Assembly (NCBI GenBank): GCA_002633005.1
Contig: NMRA01000837.1
Location: forward strand, 1 to 64,000
Direction: 5' to 3'
DNA length: 64,000 bases
Source: Phoronis australis
Lineage: Eukaryota; Animalia; Phoronida
Part shown: in pieces, positions 25,201 through 38,446 of the stretch
Numbering within the stretch: position 1 is the stretch's first letter
Layout: the number at the start of each line of letters is the position of its first letter
Notes under the pieces: model-generated
The model's database searches: none
What the model saw: only the letters and a program-made list of their open reading frames with translations
What the model was told of the DNA's origin: nothing
Translations under genes and position numbers: made by a program

Positions 25201-26278
25201 AGTTTGTAACTATGGGAGCATGTTGACATCCAACAAATCAACAGCCGCTGAGTTTTAAGCCAGTTTTGCTTACATTAATATCAGATGATCTTCCTTAGGC
25301 TGCTGAGAAAGCAAACCAGTTAGATGACGCCTGTAGGATGCTGGAGGAGATTGGCGCTCTTGACACAATTGAAGAATGTCAGCAGCACACCAATGAAGAA
25401 GTATATGAGAAGGCGTTGAAAATCATTGACGCCTACTTCTCTGAGGAAGTAAGTGGTCTTTAACAAGTTAGTGATTCATATTCTGGATGTTTTCAGGGCT
25501 TGGAATTTTATTCTTTTAAGAGGTTTTCCTCTTTTGGTTTTGATTTTTTTGACTTGGTTCATGTAAAACGTTTAATTCAATAAATTATAAAACACAAAAA
25601 GATATTTCTATCACACAAGCCTATTGGTGGAATGATACATCGCCTGGAAAATTTTCCTCTTTTTGTCATTTGTCATTCCAAGCCCTATGTTCTGTGAATT
25701 AGTGTCCATAGTATCTCTTTATTCTGATTAGAATTTGATGTTGATTCTCGGCAGCCTCTCTGGAAGAACTACCAGATAGAGAATATGGTCGGCACATAAA
25801 ATAATCTGCTGCTTGGAGACAACTTGCCTTGTCCAGATTGCAGCAATGATGAACTGCCGTTTTTCTTGCCAAACCTAAAAATGACGGAATTCAGACTCTA
25901 ACAATCTGAGAAAGCAAATTTCTGGGATAATTAAATTGGGTTTCGTTTGTGTTGGTTGTACATTGTCTAAATTTAAGCTGTTTTCTTTGAACATACCTCC
26001 ATATAACTATTTCGGACAAAAATATATCACAAATTTGCTTTTCTGATTTCTTCAATTCATCTACTATTGTTTTATGAGACGGCGTGTAAAGATTTCTTTT
26101 ACCGTGTATTCTAAATTGGTATTAAAGATATCCTTGGTCCAAGTGAAAATATGTCTAGTAAAGATAAACATTTTCTCTTCAGACTGACGATGCTGCTCTT
26201 GCACCTCAGGCAGACGATGAGGCTTTCCACTTTGGCGCCAGTACTGCAGCGGCTCCCCAGGAGGGGTTCTCGTTTTAA
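19286..26278 (+). CDS. KPNA2: Importin subunit alpha (alpha-2/KPNA2/pendulin type), complete, 10 coding exons, 519 aa
   Basis: Exons 19286-19342, 19845-19976, 21264-21445, 21694-21872, 22549-22842, 23221-23330, 23879-24055, 24682-24864, 25299-25448 and 26183-26278. All are GT-AG and phase-compatible, total 1560 nt. IBB domain ([15 protein letters not shown]...[17 protein letters not shown]), TSPLQE, ARM repeats ([48 protein letters not shown]) and C-terminal GFSF. The subfamily call rests on TSPLQE and the IBB. Confidence 0.95.
19392..19495. repeat. Short intronic minisatellite, about 3 copies
   Basis: CATTGCATCATGGGAGGTTACAAAGTGAGGTCA repeated. Confidence 0.75.
20011..20252. mobile_element. 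MITE family A, copy 1 (importin intron)
   Basis: TIR CAGG(G/T)CTTG(G/A)AAT...ATTCCAAGCC(C/T)TG. Flanks TCACAT/ACACAT suggest a 6 bp TSD. Homologous to 22058-22334 and 25494-25687. Confidence 0.75.
22058..22334. mobile_element. MITE family A, copy 2
   Basis: TAGGGCTTGGAAT...ATTCCAAGCCCCA, internally homologous to copies 1 and 3. Confidence 0.75.
22960..23117. mobile_element. MITE related to 4555-4852 (inverted), 5 bp TSD ACTAC
   Basis: CAGGGGCGTATCCAGG...AATTCGCCACTG with ACTAC on both sides. Confidence 0.75.
25494..25687. mobile_element. MITE family A, copy 3
   Basis: CAGGGCTTGGAAT...ATTCCAAGCCCTA with flanks TGTTTT/TGTTCT. Confidence 0.75.
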
Positions 26279-26854
26279 AATTCATGTAGTATTGAGCTGT
26301 TAGTAGCGTACTTTGATGAACTGACAGGGTGTGAATGTGACAGTGTAACAATCATTGTATGACGCACAGAAATCGTAGTAGAAATTGGAAAGTATTAGAG
26401 CTTCAGGTTGCGCAAAACTCATGCCAAAGAAAAATTGAAGATTATTTTAACCGAAGATTATGTGCTTTAGTGTTCAGTGCTTTGCAACGAATTTGAAATA
26501 TGCATGTTCAGGTTATGTGTTTTGTTTTTAAGTTTGTTCCGATAATCCAAGACGGAATGCTTGCTCAGGTTAATCATCGAATATTTCCAGATCTGATACG
26601 TTTCTTTGTTACTCAGACGTGATACATTCTTCAAGAACGTTGTTAACATGTTGTGGGTTGTCCATACTACCATGCCCATGATTATGCAAATATCTACCGA
26701 TCGTTTGTAATCTTGTATATATGCCAAAATATAATAATAATTATAAATGTTACGGAGTTGTTGATACTCGGGTACAGACATGAGCTGCACATTAGTTCAT
26801 TGACACCATCATGGCTTTTTGGAGAAGGATTCAATCTAGCAATTTTTTTATTAA

Positions 26855-26860
26855 AATAAA
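26855..26860 (+). terminator. Candidate polyadenylation signal of importin-alpha
   Basis: AATAAA about 580 bp after the stop codon, with T/GT-rich sequence downstream. Confidence 0.35.
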
Positions 26861-27725
26861 AGTATAATTCGGCTGAATGCCGACGCTAAATTACCCATAT
26901 CTTTGGTTTATATTATTTGTTACTGTTACATGCTGTTATTTTCCGCATTTTGGTGGGTTTTTAGAATTAAAAAGTATTTTTAAACCAGTCGGATATGTGA
27001 AATGATTACTTATGAATTTAATGTATCTTTTGTTTCTGATGAAATCGTCAATAACTGGTAAAGGGATTTCTAATGATATGGCTGTTGTGCAATTCGGTTA
27101 AAAACTGATTTGCGAAGTTTTAAGACTAAATTCCACAGCAATTGCACAAAAGTCAACGGAAAATATGAATGCAAACCACTTTCGCGCATGCGCGGTGCAA
27201 CCTCTGAAGAAGGAAGTTGCACTCCGCCAACTTGCCATTTGCCGCATTGGTTATCTGTGGAAAAATAGTACCCCAAGCAAAACTAATTTAGCAGCGGGAG
27301 TCCGAACATGTAAACACTGATAAATTCATACTTTAATGATGTTGGACGGGAAATATAATTACTGTGTGATTAGAAATGGGAAAAATATGTATATTCACAT
27401 TCACTTATAATCTACTAAAAAAGTGACTAAGACTGCATCACTGAAAAGCCAGTTCTAAAATCTATAACCCGGACAACATTCCTCAACTGCATAAAGGGCA
27501 AAAAAGTTTTTTTTCACAGCCAAGGTGGGCTTACAGCTGCTTCAACAAGCTAGTAGACCTAATAAATCAGGGACGTAGGAGTTATAACAGGGACACACTG
27601 TATTCAATGTGATGCGTTGGATCCCTATCATGGACAAAGTCGTAAAGCGGCTAACTTTGTACAGATGATAAACAGGAAAATGATGACAGGCATAAGTTTT
27701 CAGTAACCATGACATTTTATTTAAA

Positions 27726-30700
27726 TTAATCAAAATAGTCTTCTATGTCCACATTTGGATTTAACAAGTCCTCTCCATATGAGCTTATGTCCAGTTCATT
27801 TAGAATCAAGTTTTCAAATGTTTCTTCGAGATCCGTGTCTCCGATCAATGTGGCACCCTGCATCTTATTGTCTTTTACAATCACTTTCACGTATTCCACA
27901 CCTGAAATAAGAACAACATTTCATCGCAGTAACATTTAGTGGCCAAAATGAAAACAGAATAAAACATCAGACTCAAAAAGCTTCCACACGGAATTTGCAA
28001 AAATATGCCCATGGGCAGATATTCGGAAAACGACTTTTCAAATCCGACAAATGAAACCGCATACCACCCGAGCGTATTTTGGGACAGGAGGAGCAAATTT
28101 TTGGAAACTGTCATTAAAATTGTCCTTCATAGCGTGCTCATACTGTTAATTACCAACAAAGTCAACCAATATCGCAATACAAGATTGTCATGATCCCAAA
28201 ATATAACGACTTGTCAAAATAAACAAAATGTTTTAAAGGATAGATAGTAGCAGCATATATTAACAAAAACAACCACGGTTTTAAATCGACTTGACATGTT
28301 TCGGTGTCATTTACCCAGACACCGTCATCATAAGAGACACTACAGTGGCCACCTAGCTAGGCCCAGCAACAAGTGATGAAGCACAGGTACACAGTCAGTT
28401 ACAGGGAGTGACAATAAACTAGACCAACAACGACAACCTGTGGTGTGCCAGTTGCCTATTGAGATTGGGCTTGCACCAACTGACGTGTAGAGCCTCATGT
28501 CAAGGCGATTTAAAACCGTGCTTGTTTTTATTAATAAAACAAAATTTACATCAAAACATATTACATGCGGATTTCAGAACAATCCATCAGATTTTCAAAA
28601 CATGCAAACAGCTAATCGAAAATATGCCCACGGTCATGCTTTTGGAAAATTTTCCGAAAATACGCTTATGGCCGTACTTTTCCATGGGCCTACTTTCGTA
28701 ACATCCTGGTAATTTTTTTCTAGCATGCACGTACAGTTCACGCCAAATTCTAAAACAAAATTTCAGGACCACTTGTTATCAAGCTACTCTGATGGTTCAT
28801 TCACTTTTCCATTCATTCATCATGAGCAAGAATTCCACTTGCAGTCAGTCGTCATGACAAGGAATTCTGCGTCACTTCGGCCGATCTTATCAAAGCACAC
28901 ATGAAATAAGTATTTCAGCACAACATTTAAAGTTGAACACCACAATACGGAAGTCATGTCAAATTGAAAAAAGTTCATCAACTGGTACAAATCCAGTAAA
29001 CAGCACCAAAATAAGTTTCACAATGGACTTTACATTTAATAGGTAATGTGAGAAAATTCAATGTTGTTTTACTAACACCACCTCAAGAATTTTACTTCAC
29101 CCATAGTGAAATTACTGTACAACCGATCAATCACCCAATAAGAAGTAAGGGACTATTTTTCGTCGACAGAAAAATAACATTGCACAAAACTGCTATTATT
29201 TCCATTGCATTTTCAAAACATTTCCACCACAACCACAATACATTGATACATTTGTCTCTAATTACATAGACTGCAATTGCTGTGAATGACCCACAGATAA
29301 ACATTGATAAATGTGAAAATGAAATGGTGAAAAATGATTAGGGAAAACACTCAAAAGAAAGCATTTGTACCAAAGCTTCATCGGAATTGCTCCATGAGTA
29401 CGAACAGTAATTGGATAAATTGAAAGTACCTGGAGTTATTCTCAGCAATATTTCATAACCATCTAGTCCTTGACCATTGAATCGACCTAATAGCACAATC
29501 TATAAAAGAAAAACTAGCTGAAAAAAACTATTCAAAACAACTCATCAAATGCACAAACAACTATTTCTAAAAAAAATTATTAATTCTCATTTAGTAAAAA
29601 GTGCAGTCTACGAGAATATGGACGTATTAAGTGATAGTTAATGAGATAATTTGTATAAATTATTTCTAGAATGTGATGCACTCATAATATTTGGCTAAAT
29701 TTTTTTAACAATTATTAAGTAGGAGCGTAACACCAAATTTGAAACCGAAGTTACTTTTCATGAAATGGAATGGTGACAATGAAATTGCATGGAACAGACA
29801 GAGTTCAATGCCATGCTTCGAAATCTAGATTAGCCAACACAAACTTTTCTTTACTAATTTAATTGTGAATTAAGTTTTAATAACCATCTTATTCACTAAA
29901 GCGGTGAATTAGAGCATTAAATTTGCAACACATATTCAAGTCAAAACTAAGATCCCTAGAAACACAAAAATGTATTCAAGGAGAAGAAAGTGTTTGAAGA
30001 AAGTGTTACGTGCCTTTGATAAAAACAGATCATTTCCTAGTACATTGCGAGTTGTTAAATTGTGACCCAAATCAGGCAACTGACACATACAATAAGTCTT
30101 CCAAACAAATTTGACGAAATCTTTACTCAATAAAAGCCGACAAAATTCAAAAAACAGCTCAAATTTGGTTGGGCAAATTATGTGATTATGGCAGCCGACA
30201 GGAGGCGGGGTTAAACCCTCAGGTAAAGGTAGCGATTGGCATCACCAGGTAATAAAGACTTAAACACTAACCTTGTATCCAAAAAAGTTTGTGACGTGTG
30301 TGAACAGCTCGAAGCAGAAATCCATGAGAATCTCCTCCTCTCCACCAGAGTGCGCCACCATACATTTGGCAGCATAGGCCCCCATTTGACGAGCCTGGTT
30401 CCACAAACGCATCTGATGGAGGGAAATGAAAATAAACGTTCTAAATTGTTATTATTGCAATGTTTATTGAAGATGAACTATACAGAAGGAATGAGATCTT
30501 ATGTGTGCAAAAGAAACAGCGGTCACAACATCCCATCCTACCTGGAACCAATGAGGAGCAGGCTCCCAGCCAGCTGTGCAAGCGTCTCCTGCAGCATAGA
30601 TGTTCTTAATAGAGGTCTGCATCTTATCATTGACTAGAATGCCCCCTTCAGGACTGATGTTGAACTAAAAGAAAATGAAAATGCATGTCCACAGAAGACT

Positions 30701-33700
30701 GTGCCCAAGCCAAGAAAACAAAACCGGAAGCAAAATTTGATAGGTAGTTTTCATCCACATTGGATTGGAGTTCAAGATTTAAAAGCCTTGTCAATCTTAA
30801 AATTTTCTCCTGTTTTTATGAAACGTGTCTTTCTCCAAAGCACACTTTTAAAACCACAATCAACTAAAATTAGTTTTCATGTTGTTCTTGACTACACCTT
30901 TATTGATGAAATAAATCTCAGCATCATTTCTAAATAATTTTTGACAACATCGAGGAATATATCACATAGAAAACTAACTGTAGCCATCTATTCAAAGAGG
31001 TATGCAGCATTTTTAAACACAATCAGAGGATTCGACAAACATCTAGAGAAATGTTGACAAAACTGTCTAAATCATCTTTGAGATTCACACATAGTTACTG
31101 TAAATCTTCCAGATATGGCATTTTAAGTCACGCCTCTTCCAGCAATTCAACACAACTTCGACTGGATAAAACAAAGCACTCAAAAGAATTCAGACAAAAT
31201 GACCCGGAATTACCCGTCACGGTGGCTGGGAGGAAGCTAAATAAATTTACCGTATTTCTCTCATGACAGCGAATGAAGAGGAATTGTCAGGAGAATGAAT
31301 AACGTGCCCTTCTTCAATTAGAGACTTATCCCACTGATGGTTAATAGCAGTCATTTTTGCTCTTAACTGAACTAGCTATCGTGACTGGGCAACGGTCCGA
31401 TTACTTTTGTCTTGTACTGCATATCGCCATCAATGACAAATTCACAAGAAAACATCTCCCAAATGTCTTACCTGGTGTTGCTTTACTGCTAATGTTGAGC
31501 TTGGATTGACACCAGTAGCACTGACTACAAAATCACAGCCGTAAACTTTGTCATTCGTTAACTGTACATAAACTGGCCACTCTGAAATCAACATTGACAC
31601 TTATTAACAAATTATAAATGGTATTAATACTAAAGTTTAGATACAAAAAGAACAAAAAGTGATTGACTTAATCCTTGCTATATTTCTTGGCACTTTTGTA
31701 CAAAAATTCTTCATAGAATTACTGCAAACATGTCCTCTGAAGCATACGAACATGAGCCTCTGTTTGGAAAACTGCCCAGACATGTTTGTTAGAGATCCAT
31801 GAAATGAACAGTCCTGTCAACCCATACTGCTGCACACAGCTAAACCACAACAAACTATCAGATCTTTCCCAGGCCACAAATCACAACTAACATGAGTTTA
31901 GGAACAAGCTGACACCAACCTCATAATGGCAAGTCATCTAAATTCAAGGTCAAGGTCATTTTTGAAAAAAAAAGAATGCAAATCAAACCTGTCTGAGAAT
32001 TTTCAAAGCATTGTGTAGCTTGCACCCTTTGACCTTTGAACTCTTCTGAACTCAACACTCGCTTGACTTGAACTTTATACTCAACATGTACTTTATGCGA
32101 CGTCTGCAATAAATAGAACTTCTTTACTCAGATATAAATTGGTTCTATATGAGGGGATGAAATATAACAAATTTCAAACTTGATTTTGGCCTATTAACAA
32201 ATTAATATTAACGACGTTCCCATCCAACTCTCTAAAACAAAATGATTCCTTGTAACTCCCACTCGTCAAGCCTAACTACGAATGTCTGGAGCAAATTTTG
32301 AAAACCCAAAATCTGCTTAATCAGTAAGCATGACCTACGGTTTAGGCGAGACACACAACAACTGTCAGGAAAGACTAACCACTATGAACCATAATAGCCA
32401 TTCTGTGACATAATGAATGTTCGAGTTGAGTCCTGTAGTTATCACTTAATAAGTGAAGCGCAAATAGTGCCTTAGCAGGGGACAGAATGAGGATTGGTTG
32501 TGATTACCAAAATGGGCAAGTAAACTTTTAAGAATCACATGATACAAAACAAACACGACGTTACCTAACTGTCAGTGAACAAACTTACTTTAAGAACAAC
32601 CTTCAAATGCTCATGGCACTGAACAACCCTATACCATCACATAAAATATTCCTACATAATGTTCACATGTAAGTCTTTTTTGGTGGTTTACACAACTGAA
32701 TACAACTGTTCCATATTCTGCACTGACTGCCCATAAAAAGATATTTTCAATTGCAAAATATAAAAAAGTCTTCATCAAATGAAAAACAAAAATGTTTTTA
32801 ATCATCGTGAAGACAAGAATTAGCCCTAAATTTTTTAAACCTGAATGAAAAGGGAAATTTCAAAAATGGTAAATTTCGTTTCACCAATTGATGTCATACA
32901 ATGATGGAGGTATTATTCAGATATACTATGTTTCCATATTGCATTTGAACTTTGTGACAAAATATACAACGTCAAAAATTTGCGAAACACAAAATTAATG
33001 TCACATGTGCATAAGTTTCAAAAATCAAAAGGTTCGATTTGGCATCAAATTTCGAGATCACAATTCAAAAATGCATTAAGAATTTTACTTAGTAATCATG
33101 ACAAGTGAAACCTACATACAGCGCCATCTCCTTTCATATCCATGTTCGTGGCCCAGTCAGGCCCCAGTGCAACACCTAGCTCATCCGATATTGAAGGACT
33201 TTCAACAGTAGATGCTAAAAACAGAAAATCCTTTAGTGCGCAAGATTATCAAGGATATAATATTAATACACCTGATGCAAATAACATACAATGAACAATG
33301 TCCTGCTTTTCCACCATACTCAGTGCAAAAATAAAAAGTGAATTGTCATATTACACAGGTAATGTTTGCATCCTTTATCTCACAAAAAAAAAACATCCAA
33401 AAAATAACAAAAAAATCCGAAACATTTTCAATTTCATCCTCTTCATACGCACCACTAACTGTATATTTCATGCGCTTGGTGGTAGATTCCTCTTCAGGTT
33501 TATCCTCCGACAGTTTAGGCAGCAAGAATTTAGAGGCACCAGCGTCCAAGAACGTATGATTGATGTGGCTGTCTTTGATGGCCCATATCACTTCACAGTT
33601 TTCTATTTCATGTCTGTAATTTAAATTGACAATAAAATGAGACGTGCATGAGTCTTATATTGATCAAGGTCGATCTTGCCCTTCCAATACAACTGATAAC

Positions 33701-36700
33701 GTATGACTGACCTTTCACAGCAGACGGGTAAGCATTTCAGTCAATAACCCATGAAAGTGAAGATAACAATAAAATAACAGTAAATCTGACATAAATCCAA
33801 TCAAAGTGAACTGCGAGATTTTAGATGAGCAAGATGAAATCTGACTTATGTGAACAGCCAATTAGACAATCGCAGTGTGGAACTTGCTCAGGATTAAGCA
33901 AAAATCAGAGTTTTACTATACGTATACTATAATTATACTTATTAAGTTAAACCACAAAATCATGAACTTTGAAACCGTATCCCCGAGAGGCAAACCTCTC
34001 TAAGACAGGTGCAATAGGTGACTGACAATGTGTTCTAAAAATGTACACGTTTGACATCTTGTGTAACATCATTGCAAAAACGAAATCAAGAATTCTCCAC
34101 ATCGAAAGTTTGACACTGTGAGTGAATCGCACAAGATCACACTGCATGACTGGCTAAATTGTAATTGTAGTAGTGTTATTAGCTGTTTCTGCAGACATTG
34201 CTTTAGTCAAAAGCAAATTGTTCTGTAACCGAGCTAGGATGGGAAATCTGTATGCATCGCAATCATTGAACACAGTAACCAGAGCTGAAAAGTGGGGCAA
34301 CAGGGCTCACACGGACCGGGCAACAGGGCTCACACGGACCGGCAGACGTTTCTTTAACTCACTCACCTCATCACACTACTGATACGAAGAAATGCTAGTG
34401 GATTAATTTATTTCTATAAAAAGTGATTACAAGTTTTAAAATATGCCAAATAAAATATGACAAACTGACAAAAAGATTCCTTTTGGTCTAGATCACCACC
34501 ACTAATCTTACACCAGTTCTGTAGCTATCCCGCCGTTCCCAACAATGACAATTCGCCTGGCATTTTTCAACTTCGTTTGAAATGTAGCCACACTCTCAGT
34601 GTCTCGTATACCTAGGACAAGGGGGTTGTTGTCTGATATAACCTAGAAGTTAAATACAGAATCAACAGTTAACTATAGGCTGTTGTCTAATGTAACATAG
34701 AAGTTAAATGCAGAATCAGCAGTTAAATACAGGATGTTGTCTGATGTAACCTAGAAGTTAAATACAGAATCAACAGTTAACTACAGGCTGTTGTCTGATG
34801 TAACATAGAAGTTAAATACAGAATCAACAGTTAACTACAGGCTGTTGCCTGATGTAACATAGAAGTTAAATACAGAATCAACAGTTAACTACAGGCTGTT
34901 GTCTGATGTAACATAGAAGTTAAATACAGAATCAACAGTTAACTACAGGATGTTGTCTGATGTAACATTAGAAGTTAAATACAGAATCAACAGTTAACTA
35001 CAGGCTGTTGTCTGATGTAACATAGAAGTTAAACAAAGAATTAACTGCAAATCATGGATTGTCATGTGACAGACCCTTATAACTTAAATACTGAATTAAC
35101 ATTAAACCATATGAATACTGTCAATAAGGACATACATAATTGAAAAAGCCAAAGAAAAACACAATATTCAAACTAAGAACACGATTTCAACTCAGTTGTT
35201 GATATTAGCACTCTCAAGATTGTTTAATAAAGGTTTCACATAGATTAATTCTTATTGACACAACCAAGCAAAAACGCTGTACCTTGACAGTTTTGGCTAC
35301 TCACAGCAGCCATCTTCGGAAGCTATAGTGTTCTCTACCAACCTTATGAACTTATTTAGTGATGTTAATAAAGGTTTGCTTTTGAGATGCATTGTAACAT
35401 TTGCCTAAAAGAATCGCAGATCAATGCACAGTAGTAAAGTATGTACTGTAGAGCACACAACAGTCACATCATCCCTACTTTGTCAAGTAAAAGCAACTAG
35501 GAGGACTGGTATACAAACATCAAGTTTCAATATACAAAACTATGTATCAGATGAGGTAAACTGGAAAAATGACAATTGAGAGAGAGCAGTACCTTAGGCT
35601 TTCCCCCACAACAGATGCAAAGCTTGTCGTAGGTGAACAGACTTCCATCGCTGGTACGGACCTCCTGAAAATAAAGTCTTACTTTAAAATAAAGCATTTT
35701 TTATTGATCAGTATGTTACACAGAAGTGACATCTGCAGGACACTTAAACATTTACAATTAGTAGAAAAAATTTAGATGTCATCTTACAAATTAATGAACA
35801 ACGTATTCTTAAAAAATGTTATGATTCGCAACTTTCTTGGTCAGTTGCAATTTGCTTTCGCCATGATACATAAAACTATCCAATCACAACAAATATCCAG
35901 AGTTCTTACCTGAAGGTCAGCGTCGATATAATCCACAAATGCCTGAATGACGTCTGTCCCTTGAACTGACAACAAGTCTTGCTCCACAACATCAAATGTC
36001 TCTAAAGTCTGCCCAACCTACACAGAAGCGCAGACAAAGGATTATAAAACAGGCACGATCATCTCCGTTGTCAGGCTGCATTTCAAGATGAAATAAAGCA
36101 ACAACACTAAACTCATGTGTTATTAATCTTATGCTGTTCAAATACCCTGACAATGAGACAATACTGATGGGCAAATTAGTGCTTTCACAGCTTTTTACAC
36201 ACCTATTCACCAAAGAAATAACAAATAACTGACAAGCAAAACACGGTTTTAAATGCCTCCTTTTAGGTTAAAAGAGCTAAGCTAGCTTCTGGCATAACAA
36301 CAACGTAAAAATATATGCATATATACGAAACTTCACAAAACTAACCTTTTGAAAGTTGGTTACCGCTTTAACCAATGGCGATGCACTCAACAGTATCACG
36401 TGACTCTCAGGGCTCAGACTGGACAGCTGAAAATAGAGTTACTTTTATACAGAGCTGTGACACAGTAATAAAAGGTTTATGTGCTCAAGTTGTAACAGAA
36501 AATGCAGTTATTGCCCTCACAGTTCCATCACAAAGCAGTTTATTAATTGCTCAGAATGATAAAATTATAATCGATTTCTGTTCAGTAAACAATGACATCT
36601 TACAAGATTACAGAGAATGAACCAATGAAAAACCAAAATGACCTTCAGCTTTCTGTTATTTAAAATGTACTCTCTAAGCATAGGGAGGATATGCCACTAT

Positions 36701-37807
36701 ATGATAAACACCCTTAAAGAAAACATAGATCAATATTTTCTATTTATATCAATATTTTCTATTTATCTGACTCAACCCATATCACATATATTTCACCGGC
36801 GTATTTCCACGGTATTTATCTTTTATGGTCTACAGGATTTAGCTTTGTCTATGCCTTTTTATTCATTAGGCGGAGGTCTTCTATATCCATCTTTCCGGAG
36901 ACAGTATTTTTGTACAGAACTATTTTCAGTGTTATATCATAATAAGTGACCATTTTCACCAACCTAACTCTCATATTTATCCATGGAAACAAGTCCTTTG
37001 CTGATGCACATACAGTCTATGTTCATAACAGGACATATGCTGAACATAAATGACCTTCCTCTGATGAGTGGTATGGTAAATCTCCAGTTAGTTTGCACAA
37101 AAATAATAGCCAAAATTGTCACTATTCCAATTTTCTAAAATCGATTACTTTGTAGCAAGTTATGGAAACATCACCAAATGTTGTTTTATGACATCTATAG
37201 TACAAACCAAGCTATTAATGCTAGACCAGCATTTTCTTCTTTATTTTCGTGGAGAACTTTGACAAAATAGAATTTTACTTAATGGCCGCATTCTGTGCTT
37301 CCCAACGAAAATAATTTTACCAAAATCACCCAATGACATCGTCACCTAGGGGCAAAATAATATTTGAACACACCTTTTCAAATCCTGGATCAGTTTTATG
37401 ATTCTAGGGCCCATTTTATCAAAAGTCTTATGCCCTGTCGTAAACACATTATAACAAACCTGATGCTGCGTTTTTAGTACCATCAGTTGACCATTTCTTG
37501 TATTCAGAGTTATCGATCACTTTCACGAGGCAGGTTAAAAACTATTTTTAAATTTAACTTGAAGTTACAGCCATAAACGGACTTACAGCATTTCATAAAA
37601 CAGGGCCCTGGTGCCCTTTGTCCACCCAAGTTAGATCAGAGTTTAGTTTTCCATTTATCCAAGACATCCAATTTGATTTGCTTTAGTTTTAAGGATGAGA
37701 ATAGCTGACTAGTAGAAAATCAAAGCACTCACTGTCTCGGCACATGTGACACCAGCAATACCACCCCCTACTACAATGAATCTTGCACTTTTCTTGATAC
37801 CTGCCAT
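27726..37807 (-). CDS. PYROXD1: Pyridine nucleotide-disulfide oxidoreductase domain-containing protein 1, complete, 13 coding exons, 485 aa
   Basis: Exons (minus): 37733-37807, 36346-36426, 35910-36017, 35593-35664, 34512-34642, 33453-33613, 33120-33214, 31989-32103, 31472-31581, 30542-30664, 30272-30412, 29430-29499 and 27726-27901. All are GT-AG and phase-compatible, total 1458 nt. Motifs: [77 protein letters not shown] and C-terminal [13 protein letters not shown]. Confidence 0.97.
28288..28336 (-). ncRNA. Minimal type-I hammerhead ribozyme motif (Penelope-like element type), core C3 replaced by A
   Basis: The minus strand reads CTT-ATGATGA-C-GGTGTC-TGGGTAAAT-GACACC-GAAA-CAT-GTC-AAG: core (C)UGAUGA...GAAA...GUC, a perfect 6 bp stem II, a palindromic ACAUGU stem III and a CUU/AAG stem I. 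Confidence 0.7.
34628..35032. repeat. 54 bp minisatellite, about 7.5 copies, overlapping the PYROXD1 exon-5 acceptor
   Basis: Unit GTTGTCTGATGTAACATAGAAGTTAAATACAGAATCAACAGTTAACTACAGGCT. The TAGAAG anchor recurs at 34644, 34698, 34752, 34806, 34860, 34914, 34969 and 35023. Confidence 0.95.
37407..37608. mobile_element. Possible PIF/Harbinger-type MITE
   Basis: GGGCCC-ATTTTATCAAA ... TTTCATAAAAC-AGGGCCC imperfect inverted termini. Confidence 0.45.
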
Positions 37808-38446
37808 CTTTAATCTATTACATCTCCTTGACATTTACTACAACAAAACAAGTTAGGGGCACACGTTAGTCAGGTATGGTGTTCTTAACAAAATACGAGC
37901 CTGAAGTAAGGTGGGAGGAAAAAATTATTGGAAGACACAGAACAGACTCGCATCCATTGAAATTTCAAATTCACAGCACAATGCGGTAAGAACGTTAATA
38001 TTTTCTGAAAAGCATTTAAAACTGCAAAAAGGCCCATGAAATCAGGGAGCATTCTGTCAAAAATGACACCTGATTTTGACAGGTCGCCCCTCGCTTTAAA
38101 ACTGGTCCTAACTTATTCCTTATTCAGATTACTACTAGTGTTTTTTGGGCTTGACAGTTCGCTTTTATGAGTCGAGAGGCTCAGTAAGTTGGCAGGGGGG
38201 ACAACTTCCGCTTGATCTCTTTACAAAACTTTTTCCCACTTTTTCCACGCCTTTTGCTGGGACATTTGAACCACCTCTGCGCTCCCCTTACCATTCTACG
38301 ACTGTCTGACCTCACTAATTATGCAATCACTGTTGTCCTTGTATCTTTCCCTCGTGGACTACTTTGCCTTGGAGCATAATCTTGGTATACCCTAGCAAGT
38401 TGTGGCTATTAATTGCTCCTGCTTCAGACAGCTCTCTGCTTTGCTG

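Noticed and set aside
27182-27194. NRF1-type GCGCATGCGC site between the convergent 3' ends
   Set aside because: No associated first exon or ORF, and the same motif occurs inside repeats elsewhere in the window.
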